The position numbers were made by a program, and so were the translations under genes. DNA of 64,000 nt from Candidatus Peregrinibacteria bacterium (lineage in GTDB: Bacteria > Patescibacteriota > Gracilibacteria > Peribacterales > Peribacteraceae), in contig JACPMB010000003.1 of NCBI GenBank assembly GCA_016186175.1, positions 8,508 through 72,507 on the forward strand, written 5' to 3'. The notes under the pieces are model-generated. The model had not been told where the DNA came from and searched no databases. It saw only the letters and a list, made by a program, of their open reading frames with translations. Below, one piece after another: positions 49,030-58,039 of the stretch (within the stretch, counting starts at the first letter, position 1; every line of letters begins with the position of its first letter).

Positions 49030-49314
49030 CTAGGCAATCTTAGAAACTGAGGAATGTGAATTGAATTTGAAATGATGTGCAAGTTGTTTCTTTACAAAGC
49101 GATGGCCAGCACCGCTTTTCAGAAATTTCTCTCGGCCAAGGGCATCCATCTTCTCCATGTATGCCTCGTAGTAGATGAGTTTCCAGGGTTCTCCATGAGA
49201 GGTGGAAATATTCTTGCCGTCATTATGAGCATCGAGACGTTCTTCAACATTCGTCGTGTAGCCGATATACCATTGTTTGTCAGTCTCGCTTTCGAGGAGG
49301 TAAACGAAATACAT
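49030..49314 (-). CDS. Stand-alone GIY-YIG nuclease (SLX1-like group), copy 2
   Basis: YFVYLL...WYIGYT...RLDAHNDG...PWKLIYYEAY...REKFLKSG. Confidence 0.93.
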   Translation of the reverse strand: MYFVYLLESETDKQWYIGYTTNVEERLDAHNDGKNISTSHGEPWKLIYYEAYMEKMDALGREKFLKSGAGHRFVKKQLAHHFKFNSHSSVSKIA

Positions 49315-49332
49315 AGCAGATTATTGTAGCAG

Positions 49333-49544
49333 CCCCGTAAAGGCGCTGCGCGCCCACGGGGACACGGCCCGTAAAAAGCTGCGGCTTCACGGGCCATGTA
49401 AAAAAGCTTCTCGTGCGTTTATATGTTTTTCTCGTCGCAAGTTGGTGGCTGCGCCACGTGACTGCGCGCAGGGACGTAAAGCGGCTGCGCCGCCACGTCC
49501 CACGTAAAACAGCTGCTCGCTTCGCTGCGCGCAGTTTTACGTGG
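49333..49544. repeat. Four CGTAAA...ACG hairpin repeats between GIY-YIG copy 2 and tRNA-Glu
   Basis: Units at 49333-49361, 49366-49395, 49471-49501 and 49500-49544, with covarying outer stems. Confidence 0.85.
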
Positions 49545-49616
49545 CAGCCCCACGGGGAATCGAACCCCGGTTAACGGATTGAAAACCCGCTGTCCTAACC
49601 GCTAGACGATGGGGCC
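49542..49616 (-). tRNA. tRNA-Glu(TTC)
   Basis: GGCCCCATCGTCTAGCGGTTAGGAC...TTTTCAA...GGTTCGATTCCCCGTGGGGCTGCCA; cloverleaf with encoded CCA. Confidence 0.96.
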
Positions 49617-49817
49617 GTGATCGTGGGAGGGCCACCTAGCGGTGTCCCTCCCACGGACCCACCCTTCCCTTTCGGCGGTGTCGCTCCAGCCGGGCAAAGC
49701 CCGGCTTCGCGACAATTTTTTTGATTAGTCCGAGAAAGAAGAATGCGTCCGTGAAAGAACGACTTTGTCATCATAATGCATCAGGATGCAGAAAAATACT
49801 GCCGCTATACTTTTTCC

Positions 49818-50279
49818 ATGCCATATTATTTCTACCTCGCCCGCTGCAGAGACGGATCGCTCTACGCTGGAACATGCATGGACCCCGCGACGCGGCAGGC
49901 GAAGCACAATGACGGGACGGGCGCGAAGTACACGCGCTCCCGCCGGCCGGTGAAGATTATCTATCACGAAGCATGTGCGACACTCGGAGAAGCACGACGG
50001 CGGGAGGCGGAAATCAAGCGCTGGAGAAAACGCGACAAAGAGGAGCTCGCGGCATCAACGCGACGCGCGGCGGAGTATCAGAGATTGCTTCCGAGCAGCT
50101 GCCTTGAGAAAACATCAGCGAGGCGGCAAGCAAGAGAGCGTTCGCTCGGCGCCAGACATCTGGAACCTCTGCAAAATGATACGCATCACCAAAACATCAC
50201 GATGGTAAGGAACCTCTCAAAAATCGCTTCATGCGAGGAAGCGAGCCAAAATTTCGCGAGGCGTATCGGCATACGTTGA
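49818..50279 (+). CDS. Stand-alone GIY-YIG nuclease, copy 3 (paralog of copy 1), with C-terminal run-on into a MITE
   Basis: MPYYFYLARC...GAKYTRSRRPVKIIYHE...ARRREAEIK; TATACT 6 nt before ATG. Confidence 0.88.
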   Translation: MPYYFYLARCRDGSLYAGTCMDPATRQAKHNDGTGAKYTRSRRPVKIIYHEACATLGEARRREAEIKRWRKRDKEELAASTRRAAEYQRLLPSSCLEKTSARRQARERSLGARHLEPLQNDTHHQNITMVRNLSKIASCEEASQNFARRIGIR

Positions 50280-50329
50280 GCGAAATTTTGGCGCAGCTGA
50301 CGAAGCAGGAGGCATTTTTCAGAGGTTCC
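50162..50329. mobile_element. MITE-like element with GGAACCTCT termini
   Basis: Left ends at 50162 and 50209, right end GCATTTTTCAGAGGTTCC identical to 11780-11797; internal GCCAAAATTTCGC/GCGAAATTTTGGC inverted repeat. Confidence 0.7.
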
Positions 50330-50347
50330 GCCTGGTACCACTGTCGA

Positions 50348-51556
50348 TCACCGCTCCCCTTCCGCAAGCTTCAGAGATGGGTCGCGCCTGTATGCTTTCC
50401 CCGTGATCGCGTTGCGGACGATTGACGGGGCGCTACTGGTCACGGTCGGGAAGCCGACGATATTCTTGTATGGTTTCGTTTCGATCATGCGCGAATTCGC
50501 CGCGCTCTCCGCTGATGCTGCTTTCATACCGGCATTCCGCATGGCGACTCCGATTTTGCATTCGAGTGCGTGTAATTCCGCCACAATTGCTTGCCACTCG
50601 GTATCGCCATTCCGCAATTGCCCGCGAACCTGGTCACTGAGAAGATGTTCAAAGGACATGAGAAGCTTGCGGGAAATATTCTGCACAGCCCTCTTGAATT
50701 CGCGTGCGAACACTTGCGCGACGGCGAATTGATCTTCGATATCTTCGAAGAATACGACGAATTCGTCGCCTCCCTGCCGGCAGATTGACACGCGCGTCCC
50801 CGAACGGACAGGAAGGCGCACGGGCAGCGCTTCGGCGATCGGCCGCAGGACGGTTTCGTCAACGAATCCCTGACCGTACTGGTCATTGATGGCTTTGAAG
50901 CCGCTGACATCCGCAAACACAATGACGCCGATGCGATCGGGTTCGAGGTCCAGACGCTGATGGAACGCGGCATGGCTGAGCAGCGTCGGGAATTTCTTGT
51001 CCTGCTGCAATTTCTCCAGCATCGCCTCGCGCGTCTGCACCATGCGCGATACGATCTCGAGGAGTTCTGGCTGGTTCTCGACGCCAGCGAGAAGTTCCGT
51101 GACCAACGCGTCGTCGAGCTCGTCCGCTTCGCGCTCTCTACCTCCCTTCTTCAAACGCCCGAGCATCCGCGCCGCCCGTTCCCGGGGCGTGAGCGTCAAC
51201 TCGTTCCTCGTGAGATTCGCCTTTATGGTGTAGAGAGCGCCGAGCACGGCCGCGTCGCCTCCGTCGGCAATCTGTTCCAACGCGATCGCCATCTCGACTA
51301 CGCCCCCGCGGTTCTGCGCCCCGCGTGGACGGATCGTGTGCGTCGCTTTGCCGTGACGGAGCGCGCTTGCGACCTGATTGCGGAATTCCAGCGCGAACGT
51401 CTGCAGGAGTTGATGATTATTGAGCGCGGAAAGGACATTCTTCTGATCTGCAGAACGCTGCTCGGGCGCGGCAGGAGGAATCAGCGGAGCCTCGACTGTT
51501 TCCAGGAGCGCCTCATGCGTTCCGGTGTCCGAAGTCGACTTTGACCGTTGAGCCAT
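50348..51556 (-). CDS. GGDEF domain protein (putative diguanylate cyclase)
   Basis: DVSGFKAINDQYG and RQGGDEF. Confidence 0.85.
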   Translation of the reverse strand: MAQRSKSTSDTGTHEALLETVEAPLIPPAAPEQRSADQKNVLSALNNHQLLQTFALEFRNQVASALRHGKATHTIRPRGAQNRGGVVEMAIALEQIADGGDAAVLGALYTIKANLTRNELTLTPRERAARMLGRLKKGGREREADELDDALVTELLAGVENQPELLEIVSRMVQTREAMLEKLQQDKKFPTLLSHAAFHQRLDLEPDRIGVIVFADVSGFKAINDQYGQGFVDETVLRPIAEALPVRLPVRSGTRVSICRQGGDEFVVFFEDIEDQFAVAQVFAREFKRAVQNISRKLLMSFEHLLSDQVRGQLRNGDTEWQAIVAELHALECKIGVAMRNAGMKAASAESAANSRMIETKPYKNIVGFPTVTSSAPSIVRNAITGKAYRRDPSLKLAEGER

Positions 51557-51696
51557 ACACGTACTACATCACAAAGAAAAAGCATTCGCAATACTTCCTC
51601 GGCATCACGCACACATAAGTAGAGTTCCGGGATACGTCGCGACCATGTCCGGAAAACCCTACCAGTACCCCTGATTTTCCACTACGCTTCAAGGAC

Positions 51697-52965
51697 ATGG
51701 CGTATCCGCAAATCCAAAACACCGCAAGTTTCACCAACCTCGGCATCGCGCCGGGCCTGCTGCAGATACTTGCCCGGATGAAATTCACGGCACCTACGCC
51801 GATTCAGCACCAGGCGATTCCCATAGCAGTGGAAGGCAAGGACGTGATCGGCATCGCGCAGACCGGCACAGGAAAGACGATGGCATTCGGCCTGCCGATG
51901 CTGCAGCGGCTTGCGCAATTCGGGGGACGGGGGCTTGTGATCCTTCCAACGCGGGAGCTCGCCTACCAGGTGGAAGAAGCGCTCGCGCCATTTGCAAAGG
52001 CTCTCAATATCCGCACTGCGGTCTTCGTTGGCGGCGCATCAATGAATTTGCAGCGTCAGATGCTCCGGCATAACCCCCGTATTCTCATCGCGACGCCGGG
52101 GCGGCTGAACGATCACCTGGAACAACGGACAGTGACGCTAAAGGAGGTCAATATCCTCGTGCTTGATGAGGCCGACCGCATGCTCGACATGGGATTCAAG
52201 CCGCAGATTGACCGAATCCTCGCGCACGTGCCGAAGAAACGGCAGACCATGCTCTTTTCGGCGACTATGCCGCGCGAGATCCTGCAATTGGCTACATCGC
52301 AGATGCAGACGCCGCTGCGGATCGAAGTCGCGCCCGCTGGAACGACCGCCGAAAAAGTGGAGCAGGAGATTTTCGTCGTCCGAAAAGAAGAGAAATTGCG
52401 GCTCCTGGAAAAGCTTCTGCAGGAATACACGGGCTCGGTGCTCGTGTTTTCTCGGACGAAGCACGGAGCGAAAAAGATGACGCGGGCGGTGCGCGCCATG
52501 GGGCACGCGTCGGCGGAAATCCACGCCAATCGCTCGCTTTCGCAGCGCCGCGAAGCGTTGGAGGGCTTCAAGACCGGACGCTACCGCGTGCTGATCGCAA
52601 CAGACATCGCCGCTCGGGGCATAGACGTGACGGGCATCGCGATTGTCATCAATTATGACCTGCCGGATGACCCGGGAGATTACGTCCATCGCATCGGGAG
52701 GACGGCGCGGGCCGGCCGCGAAGGACGCGCGATCTCGTTCGCCACTCCGGATCAGACGGGCGACATACGGAGCATCGAGCGGCTTACGCGCATGCCGATC
52801 CGCCGCACTCCCCTGCCTTCGCTGCCGCCGCCGCGGGCGGCTCTTCCTGAAGAACATCGCTTCGTCGGTGAGCGCCATACTCGGACATCGGATGCACACA
52901 ATCCGCGCGGGCATAAACAACACAGTGGATGGCGACGTGGAGGGAGACGATTCCGTGGAAGGTGA
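51697..52965 (+). CDS. rhlE: DEAD-box RNA helicase (RhlE-like)
   Basis: AQTGTGKT, PTRELA, DEAD, SAT, HRIGRTAR; RGG-like tail. Confidence 0.93.
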   Translation: MAYPQIQNTASFTNLGIAPGLLQILARMKFTAPTPIQHQAIPIAVEGKDVIGIAQTGTGKTMAFGLPMLQRLAQFGGRGLVILPTRELAYQVEEALAPFAKALNIRTAVFVGGASMNLQRQMLRHNPRILIATPGRLNDHLEQRTVTLKEVNILVLDEADRMLDMGFKPQIDRILAHVPKKRQTMLFSATMPREILQLATSQMQTPLRIEVAPAGTTAEKVEQEIFVVRKEEKLRLLEKLLQEYTGSVLVFSRTKHGAKKMTRAVRAMGHASAEIHANRSLSQRREALEGFKTGRYRVLIATDIAARGIDVTGIAIVINYDLPDDPGDYVHRIGRTARAGREGRAISFATPDQTGDIRSIERLTRMPIRRTPLPSLPPPRAALPEEHRFVGERHTRTSDAHNPRGHKQHSGWRRGGRRFRGR

Positions 52966-53053
52966 AGTGTGTGCTTCACAACGCGCAGAAAAAATCGGTC
53001 TTTTTGGCTTCCTTGAGGTAACAATCCGCCTTTTTTGCCGTTATAGTGCCTGC

Positions 53054-54823
53054 ATGCGCGCCTTTCTGACGCTGCTTTCGGCTGTATGGCGATATACGCG
53101 AGACCGGCGCGGCCGGCTACTGCTGTACGTTGCGATGTTCATCGGGGCGAATATCGTCCTGCTGCTGGAGCCGCTCGTGATCGGGCGACTGCTAAACACT
53201 ATCCAGCAGATACGGAATGTTCCCGATCCTATGGCGTCGCTCGGCATCCTGTTCGCGCTGCTCATCGGCATTCAGTTCTCCTTCTGGGCACTTCACGGCC
53301 CGGCGCGGGCGCTGGAGACCACAGGCGCGTTTCATGCGCGGATCGCCTTCGCCGACCACGTCTTCCGCACCGTCACATCCCTGCCGATGCAGTGGCACAA
53401 GGACCACCACTCGGGGCAGACCATCAACCGTATGCGCAAGTCGGCCTACGCGCTGAACGAATTCCTGGGAAACGGTTACCAGATAATCGAAATGATCGTC
53501 CGACTGATCGGGTCTGTGACCGCAATAGTGATTCTGCAGCCGATTGCGGCATTCATTGCCCTGAGCGTGACGGCCTTCGCGTTCCTCATCGTCTTCTTGT
53601 TCGATCGCGTCCTCCTGCGCCAGTACGAGGAAATCAATGAACGCGAGCATTTCACCGCCTCAGCGCTGCACGACTACGTGACGAACATCGCCACGGTGAT
53701 CACGCTGCGGTTGGAATCGTTGACGCGCAATGAACTCTGGAAGCGCATGACCGTATACTACCCGCTTTTCCGTAGGAACTCCATCGTCAACGAAACAAAG
53801 TGGTTCCTGACGACAATCGTCATCGCCGTGATGACCGTCACAGTACTCGCATGGTACGCGCTCACGACCATCCGCGGCGGCGGCGTTCTGCTGGCGGGCA
53901 CCGTGTACATGCTGTACGACTATCTGCAGAAGATCGGAAGCGTGTTCTTCATGTTCGCGTGGAAGTACAGCGCCACCGTGCAGCAGTACGCCGACATGTT
54001 GGCGTCGAAGGCGATCCTGGACGCCGTGCCGGCGGAAAGCGACCCAGCAGAACCGCTCCCACAGGGGTGGAGGAGCGTCACTATCCGCAATCTGCGGTTC
54101 TCTTACGAAGATACGGCGAAGCGCCGCCATCATCTGGACGGCATCTCCATGACGCTCGAGCGCGGAAAGAACATAGCCCTCGTAGGGGAGAGCGGCTCCG
54201 GCAAGAGCACGCTGATGAGCCTGCTCCGCGGACTTCACGTGACAGAGAGCGCGGACGTGTCATGCGACGGCCAGACCCTGCCGGAAGGACTGCGGCACCT
54301 GGCGCAGCACGTGACGCTCATCCCGCAGGAGCCGGAAATTTTCAGCAACACCATTGAGTACAACGTCAGCGTCGATACGCAGCAATCGGAAGATGAGCTG
54401 CTGCATGACATCGACCTCGCATGTTTCACGCCGGTGCTGGATCGCCTTCCGCACGGGCTGAAGACGGACATCGCCGAAAAGGGCGTAAACCTGAGCGGCG
54501 GCGAGAAGCAGCGGCTGGCACTCGCGCGGGGAATCTTCGCTGCAAAGGAGAGCGACATCATTCTTCTGGATGAACCAACGTCCTCCGTGGATTCGATGAA
54601 CGAACTGAAAATTCACCGTAATATCTTCGCGCACTTCGCCGACCGCTGCATCGTCGCCTCTATCCACCGGCTGCACCTGCTGCCGCTCTTCGATGAAGTC
54701 TGCGTGTTGGCGAATGGGAAATTGATCGAACGGGGAAAGCCGGCAGAATTGATGGAGCGGGACGGGCCGCTGGGGAGAATGTGGAAGCAGTACCTGCGTC
54801 AGCATCCCCGGTATGGAAAGTAA
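53054..54823 (+). CDS. ABC transporter fused permease/ATPase
   Basis: TM domain then GESGSGKS, LSGGEKQR, LLDEPTS. Confidence 0.92.
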   Translation: MRAFLTLLSAVWRYTRDRRGRLLLYVAMFIGANIVLLLEPLVIGRLLNTIQQIRNVPDPMASLGILFALLIGIQFSFWALHGPARALETTGAFHARIAFADHVFRTVTSLPMQWHKDHHSGQTINRMRKSAYALNEFLGNGYQIIEMIVRLIGSVTAIVILQPIAAFIALSVTAFAFLIVFLFDRVLLRQYEEINEREHFTASALHDYVTNIATVITLRLESLTRNELWKRMTVYYPLFRRNSIVNETKWFLTTIVIAVMTVTVLAWYALTTIRGGGVLLAGTVYMLYDYLQKIGSVFFMFAWKYSATVQQYADMLASKAILDAVPAESDPAEPLPQGWRSVTIRNLRFSYEDTAKRRHHLDGISMTLERGKNIALVGESGSGKSTLMSLLRGLHVTESADVSCDGQTLPEGLRHLAQHVTLIPQEPEIFSNTIEYNVSVDTQQSEDELLHDIDLACFTPVLDRLPHGLKTDIAEKGVNLSGGEKQRLALARGIFAAKESDIILLDEPTSSVDSMNELKIHRNIFAHFADRCIVASIHRLHLLPLFDEVCVLANGKLIERGKPAELMERDGPLGRMWKQYLRQHPRYGK

Positions 54824-54842
54824 CCCTCTCCCGCGCCGAAGA

Positions 54843-55073
54843 AAACCCCCTCCCCCGGCCCCTCCCCCAACCTCGCATCGCTCGGTTGGGAGAGGGGTGA
54901 CTGCCATCTCCCCCTCTCCCCCGCAGGGGGGAGGGGGTCGGGGGGAGGGGGTTTCTGAGAATGGGGAGGGGCCGGGGGAGGGGGTTTCTGAGAATGGGGA
55001 GGGGCCGGGGGAGGGGGTTTCTGAGAATGGGGAGGGGCCTTCTGAGAATGGGGAGGGGCCGGGGGAGGGGGTT
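54843..55073 (+). repeat. C-rich/G-rich palindromic element followed by a 33-bp G-rich tandem repeat
   Basis: Unit GGGGGAGGGGGTTTCTGAGAATGGGGAGGGGCC; period 33 seen at 54951, 54984 and 55017, plus a partial copy. Confidence 0.9.
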
Positions 55074-55091
55074 CTACGCTAGAATCCCGCC

Positions 55092-56018
55092 ATGCTCGAA
55101 CTCCATCGCCTCCTCCTGGGCGACGCCGCGCGCAATCATGCATTCGCAAAAGCGTTGAATGGGGTCATCGTGCCGGGGCAGACGACAATCGCCGACATCG
55201 GCTCCGGGACGGGGTTTTTGAGTTTCCTCGCGGAAAAGTACGGAGCCAGAGAGTGTTTCCTGTACGAGCGGAATTCCGCGATGCTCGCGCTGAGCAGGAA
55301 GACCGCGCGGGAGAACGGCATGAAGCGATGCCGATTCAATGCGGGACACTCGACGGAAGTGGCGAACCCCCCGAAGGTGGACGTCATCGCGAGCGAGACA
55401 CTGGGCAATTGGGCGTACGAAGAAAACATCATCGAGACGATGAACGATGCGCGCAGATTCTTAAAGCCCGGTGGAATCATGATTCCGCAGGAGCTGCGCT
55501 GCTTCGTCGCACCGGTGACTTCACCGCGCTTGTACGATGAGCTCAACATCTGGGACCGCATCGGACACGGGTTGAAGTTCACGGCGGCCAGGGAAACGTG
55601 CATGAACAACATGTATGTGAAGGACATTGTTGCAAAAGACCTTCTGGGCAATGGGGAGCAGTGGGATGTTGTGGATTTCCGTAAGCATAACAGCTCCATC
55701 CGTAATAACGCCGTCGCATGGATCATGCCGTCTACAGCGACGATCTACGGTTTTGCATGCTGGTGGGAAGCATTGCTCGTAAAGGGCGTCTCAATCAGCA
55801 CGAGCTCCTTTGGGCCGCCGACTCACTGGAAGCAAATCTATCTCCCGGCCCTTGCCCCGATTACCGTCCGCAGATCGGAGACTGTCCGCCTGACAATTTC
55901 GTCTGATTCACGCCCCGCCGTGAAGATCAACGTGGCATGGAAGACAGAAATCCTTGATGCGAAGGGCAAAACGCGAACGCGGACGGCGCAGGATATGCGA
56001 ACTGGATATGTGGAGTAG
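55092..56018 (+). CDS. Eukaryote-type protein arginine methyltransferase (PRMT-like)
   Basis: HRLLLGDAARN, DIGSGTG, VDVIASETLGNWAYEE (double-E loop), FLKPGGIMIP, GFACWW, PTHWKQ. Confidence 0.85.
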   Translation: MLELHRLLLGDAARNHAFAKALNGVIVPGQTTIADIGSGTGFLSFLAEKYGARECFLYERNSAMLALSRKTARENGMKRCRFNAGHSTEVANPPKVDVIASETLGNWAYEENIIETMNDARRFLKPGGIMIPQELRCFVAPVTSPRLYDELNIWDRIGHGLKFTAARETCMNNMYVKDIVAKDLLGNGEQWDVVDFRKHNSSIRNNAVAWIMPSTATIYGFACWWEALLVKGVSISTSSFGPPTHWKQIYLPALAPITVRRSETVRLTISSDSRPAVKINVAWKTEILDAKGKTRTRTAQDMRTGYVE

Positions 56019-56028
56019 AATCCCGATT

Positions 56029-56547
56029 ATGGAACACCGACCGCACCTCGCGGCAATTCTGGAACGCAACATACGAACTCTCTCGGAAGTGCGCGCTCAA
56101 ATGGAACGGCGAAAAGGGATGCAGGAAAAAATGGCCGATGCCGTTACATCGTTCACCGGGAGCGTCCTATTCGTATATATTCATGTCATCTGGTTTCTCG
56201 CATGGCTTGTCTTCAATTTGGGATTGACTCCTTTCCCGTCGTTCGACCCGTTCCCATTCGGGCTTTTGACGATGATCGTATCGCTCGAAGCGATTTTCCT
56301 CTCGACATTCGTTCTCATCAGCCAGAATCGCATGTCGCAGATGAGCGAACGGCGGTCGGATCTGGATTTGCAGGTCAATCTGCTGGCAGAATATGAAATC
56401 ACGAAGCTGCTGCGGCTTTCCGACGCCCTGGCGGACCATTTCAATCTTAAAGAAGGGCGCGACCGCGAACTTGAACAGTTGAAAGTGGAAATTCAGCCGC
56501 AGGACGTGCTTCAGGAAATGGAACGCGGCGGCCACCATGTTTTCTAA
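56029..56547 (+). CDS. DUF1003 membrane protein
   Basis: FDPFPFGLLTMIVSLEAIFLSTFVLISQNR, DLQVNLLAEYE. Confidence 0.92.
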   Translation: MEHRPHLAAILERNIRTLSEVRAQMERRKGMQEKMADAVTSFTGSVLFVYIHVIWFLAWLVFNLGLTPFPSFDPFPFGLLTMIVSLEAIFLSTFVLISQNRMSQMSERRSDLDLQVNLLAEYEITKLLRLSDALADHFNLKEGRDRELEQLKVEIQPQDVLQEMERGGHHVF

Positions 56548-56574
56548 TCGCGCTCAGGGCGAGAGCCTGAGGAA

Positions 56575-58002
56575 TCAATACGCCTTCCCATACAACGCCA
56601 TCGTGATTCCTTGCTTGCCGGATACCGGGTCTTTGCCGCATGCCATCCTGTCTGTTTCGGGAAGCAGTCGTATGGTCGCTTTAGTTTTCTCTTTGACGGC
56701 GTTCGCGGATGCGACTGTCCCGTCCCACGAAGTCCAGACCATATTCCCCTCTTCGATCAGCAGAGCGAGTTCGTCCATGGATGACGCTTCTCTCGTGTGG
56801 TCATCAAGATATTGCTTGGCCTGGGCGTATAGCGTTGCCTGTATATCATGCAGGAGAGTCTGCACGGCCGCTGCGGACGCCGACGCGACCGGAATCGCGC
56901 TCTTCCCGCCCGTATCGCGCCGCACGACGGTGATCTGTTTTTTCTCAACATCCTTGGGGCCGATTTCGACCCGCAACGGAACTCCTTTCACTTCCCATTC
57001 GTTGAACTTGAACCCCGGCGACTTGTCGTCGCGGTCGTCAATTTTCACGCGAAGCGCCGGCGACCATGATTGCTCGAGACTTTTGCACGCGGACAGCATC
57101 GCCGTCTTCTCCGCATCCGTCTTGTAGATCGGGATGATGACGATCTGAACCGGCGCGAGCGACGGGGGAAGCCGCAGCCCTTTCGCGTCTCCGTGAACGA
57201 CGATCACGGTGCCGATGATGCGCGTCGAAAGCCCCCAGCTCGTGATCCACGGACGTTGCGCCATACCGGCGGCGTCCAGAAATTTGACGTCGTACGCCTC
57301 CGAAAACCCCTGCCCCAGATTGTGCGATGTCCCCGCCTGGATCGCCTTGCCGTCGCGCGCAAGCGCTTCGGTCGTCAGCGTGTAGAGCGCTCCGGCGAAC
57401 TTTTCATGATCCGGTTTCCGGCCGCGCAGCACCGGAAGCGCGAGGAATTCGCGGTCGAAGTCCGCGTACATCTTAAGCGCGTCGTTCACCATGGCGTCCG
57501 CTTCGTCTTTCGTGGCATGCGCGGTGTGACCCTCCTGCCACAGGAATTCCAGCGTGCGGAGGAACGGCCGCGTGCGCATCTCCCACCGGACGATGTTCGC
57601 CCACTGGTTGATCTTGAGCGGCAGGTCGCGGTGTGAATGTATCCACTTTGCGAACGTCGGATACATGATGGTCTCGCTCGTAGGCCGGACGTAGAGTTTT
57701 TCCGCCAGTTCCTTTCCTCCGCCGTGCGTCACCACCGCGCACTCGGGCGCGAAACCCTTTACATGGTCCTTCTCTTTGTTCAGGAACGATTCGGGGATAA
57801 AAAGCGGAAAATAGCAATTCTGGACCCCGAGCGCCTTGATGCGCCGGTTCAAGTCCTGCTGGATTGCCTCCCACATCGCGTACCCGTAAGGCTTGAAGAC
57901 TATGCATCCTTTGACGTCGGCGTGTTCGGCGAGGTCGGCATGCTGTATGACGTCGAGATACCACTGAGGAAAGTCATTTTTTTGGTCGGCGAGGCGTGGC
58001 AT
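56575..58002 (-). CDS. proS: Proline--tRNA ligase (archaeal/eukaryote type)
   Basis: VRPTSET, VRWEMRTRPFLRTLEFLWQEGHT, QAGTSHNLGQ, C-terminal GKAY. Confidence 0.97.
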   Translation of the reverse strand: MPRLADQKNDFPQWYLDVIQHADLAEHADVKGCIVFKPYGYAMWEAIQQDLNRRIKALGVQNCYFPLFIPESFLNKEKDHVKGFAPECAVVTHGGGKELAEKLYVRPTSETIMYPTFAKWIHSHRDLPLKINQWANIVRWEMRTRPFLRTLEFLWQEGHTAHATKDEADAMVNDALKMYADFDREFLALPVLRGRKPDHEKFAGALYTLTTEALARDGKAIQAGTSHNLGQGFSEAYDVKFLDAAGMAQRPWITSWGLSTRIIGTVIVVHGDAKGLRLPPSLAPVQIVIIPIYKTDAEKTAMLSACKSLEQSWSPALRVKIDDRDDKSPGFKFNEWEVKGVPLRVEIGPKDVEKKQITVVRRDTGGKSAIPVASASAAAVQTLLHDIQATLYAQAKQYLDDHTREASSMDELALLIEEGNMVWTSWDGTVASANAVKEKTKATIRLLPETDRMACGKDPVSGKQGITMALYGKAY

Positions 58003-58039
58003 GGGACGAGTATAGGGCACAGTTTGATATACTCAACGC

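Noticed and set aside
41700-49540. Prophage or integrative island ending at tRNA-Glu
   Set aside because: No integrase, phage genes or clear distal att repeat; only short local echoes were found.
54799-55158. Pro-rich and Gly-rich repeat ORFs
   Set aside because: Translations of the 33-bp tandem repeat in several frames; no coding support.
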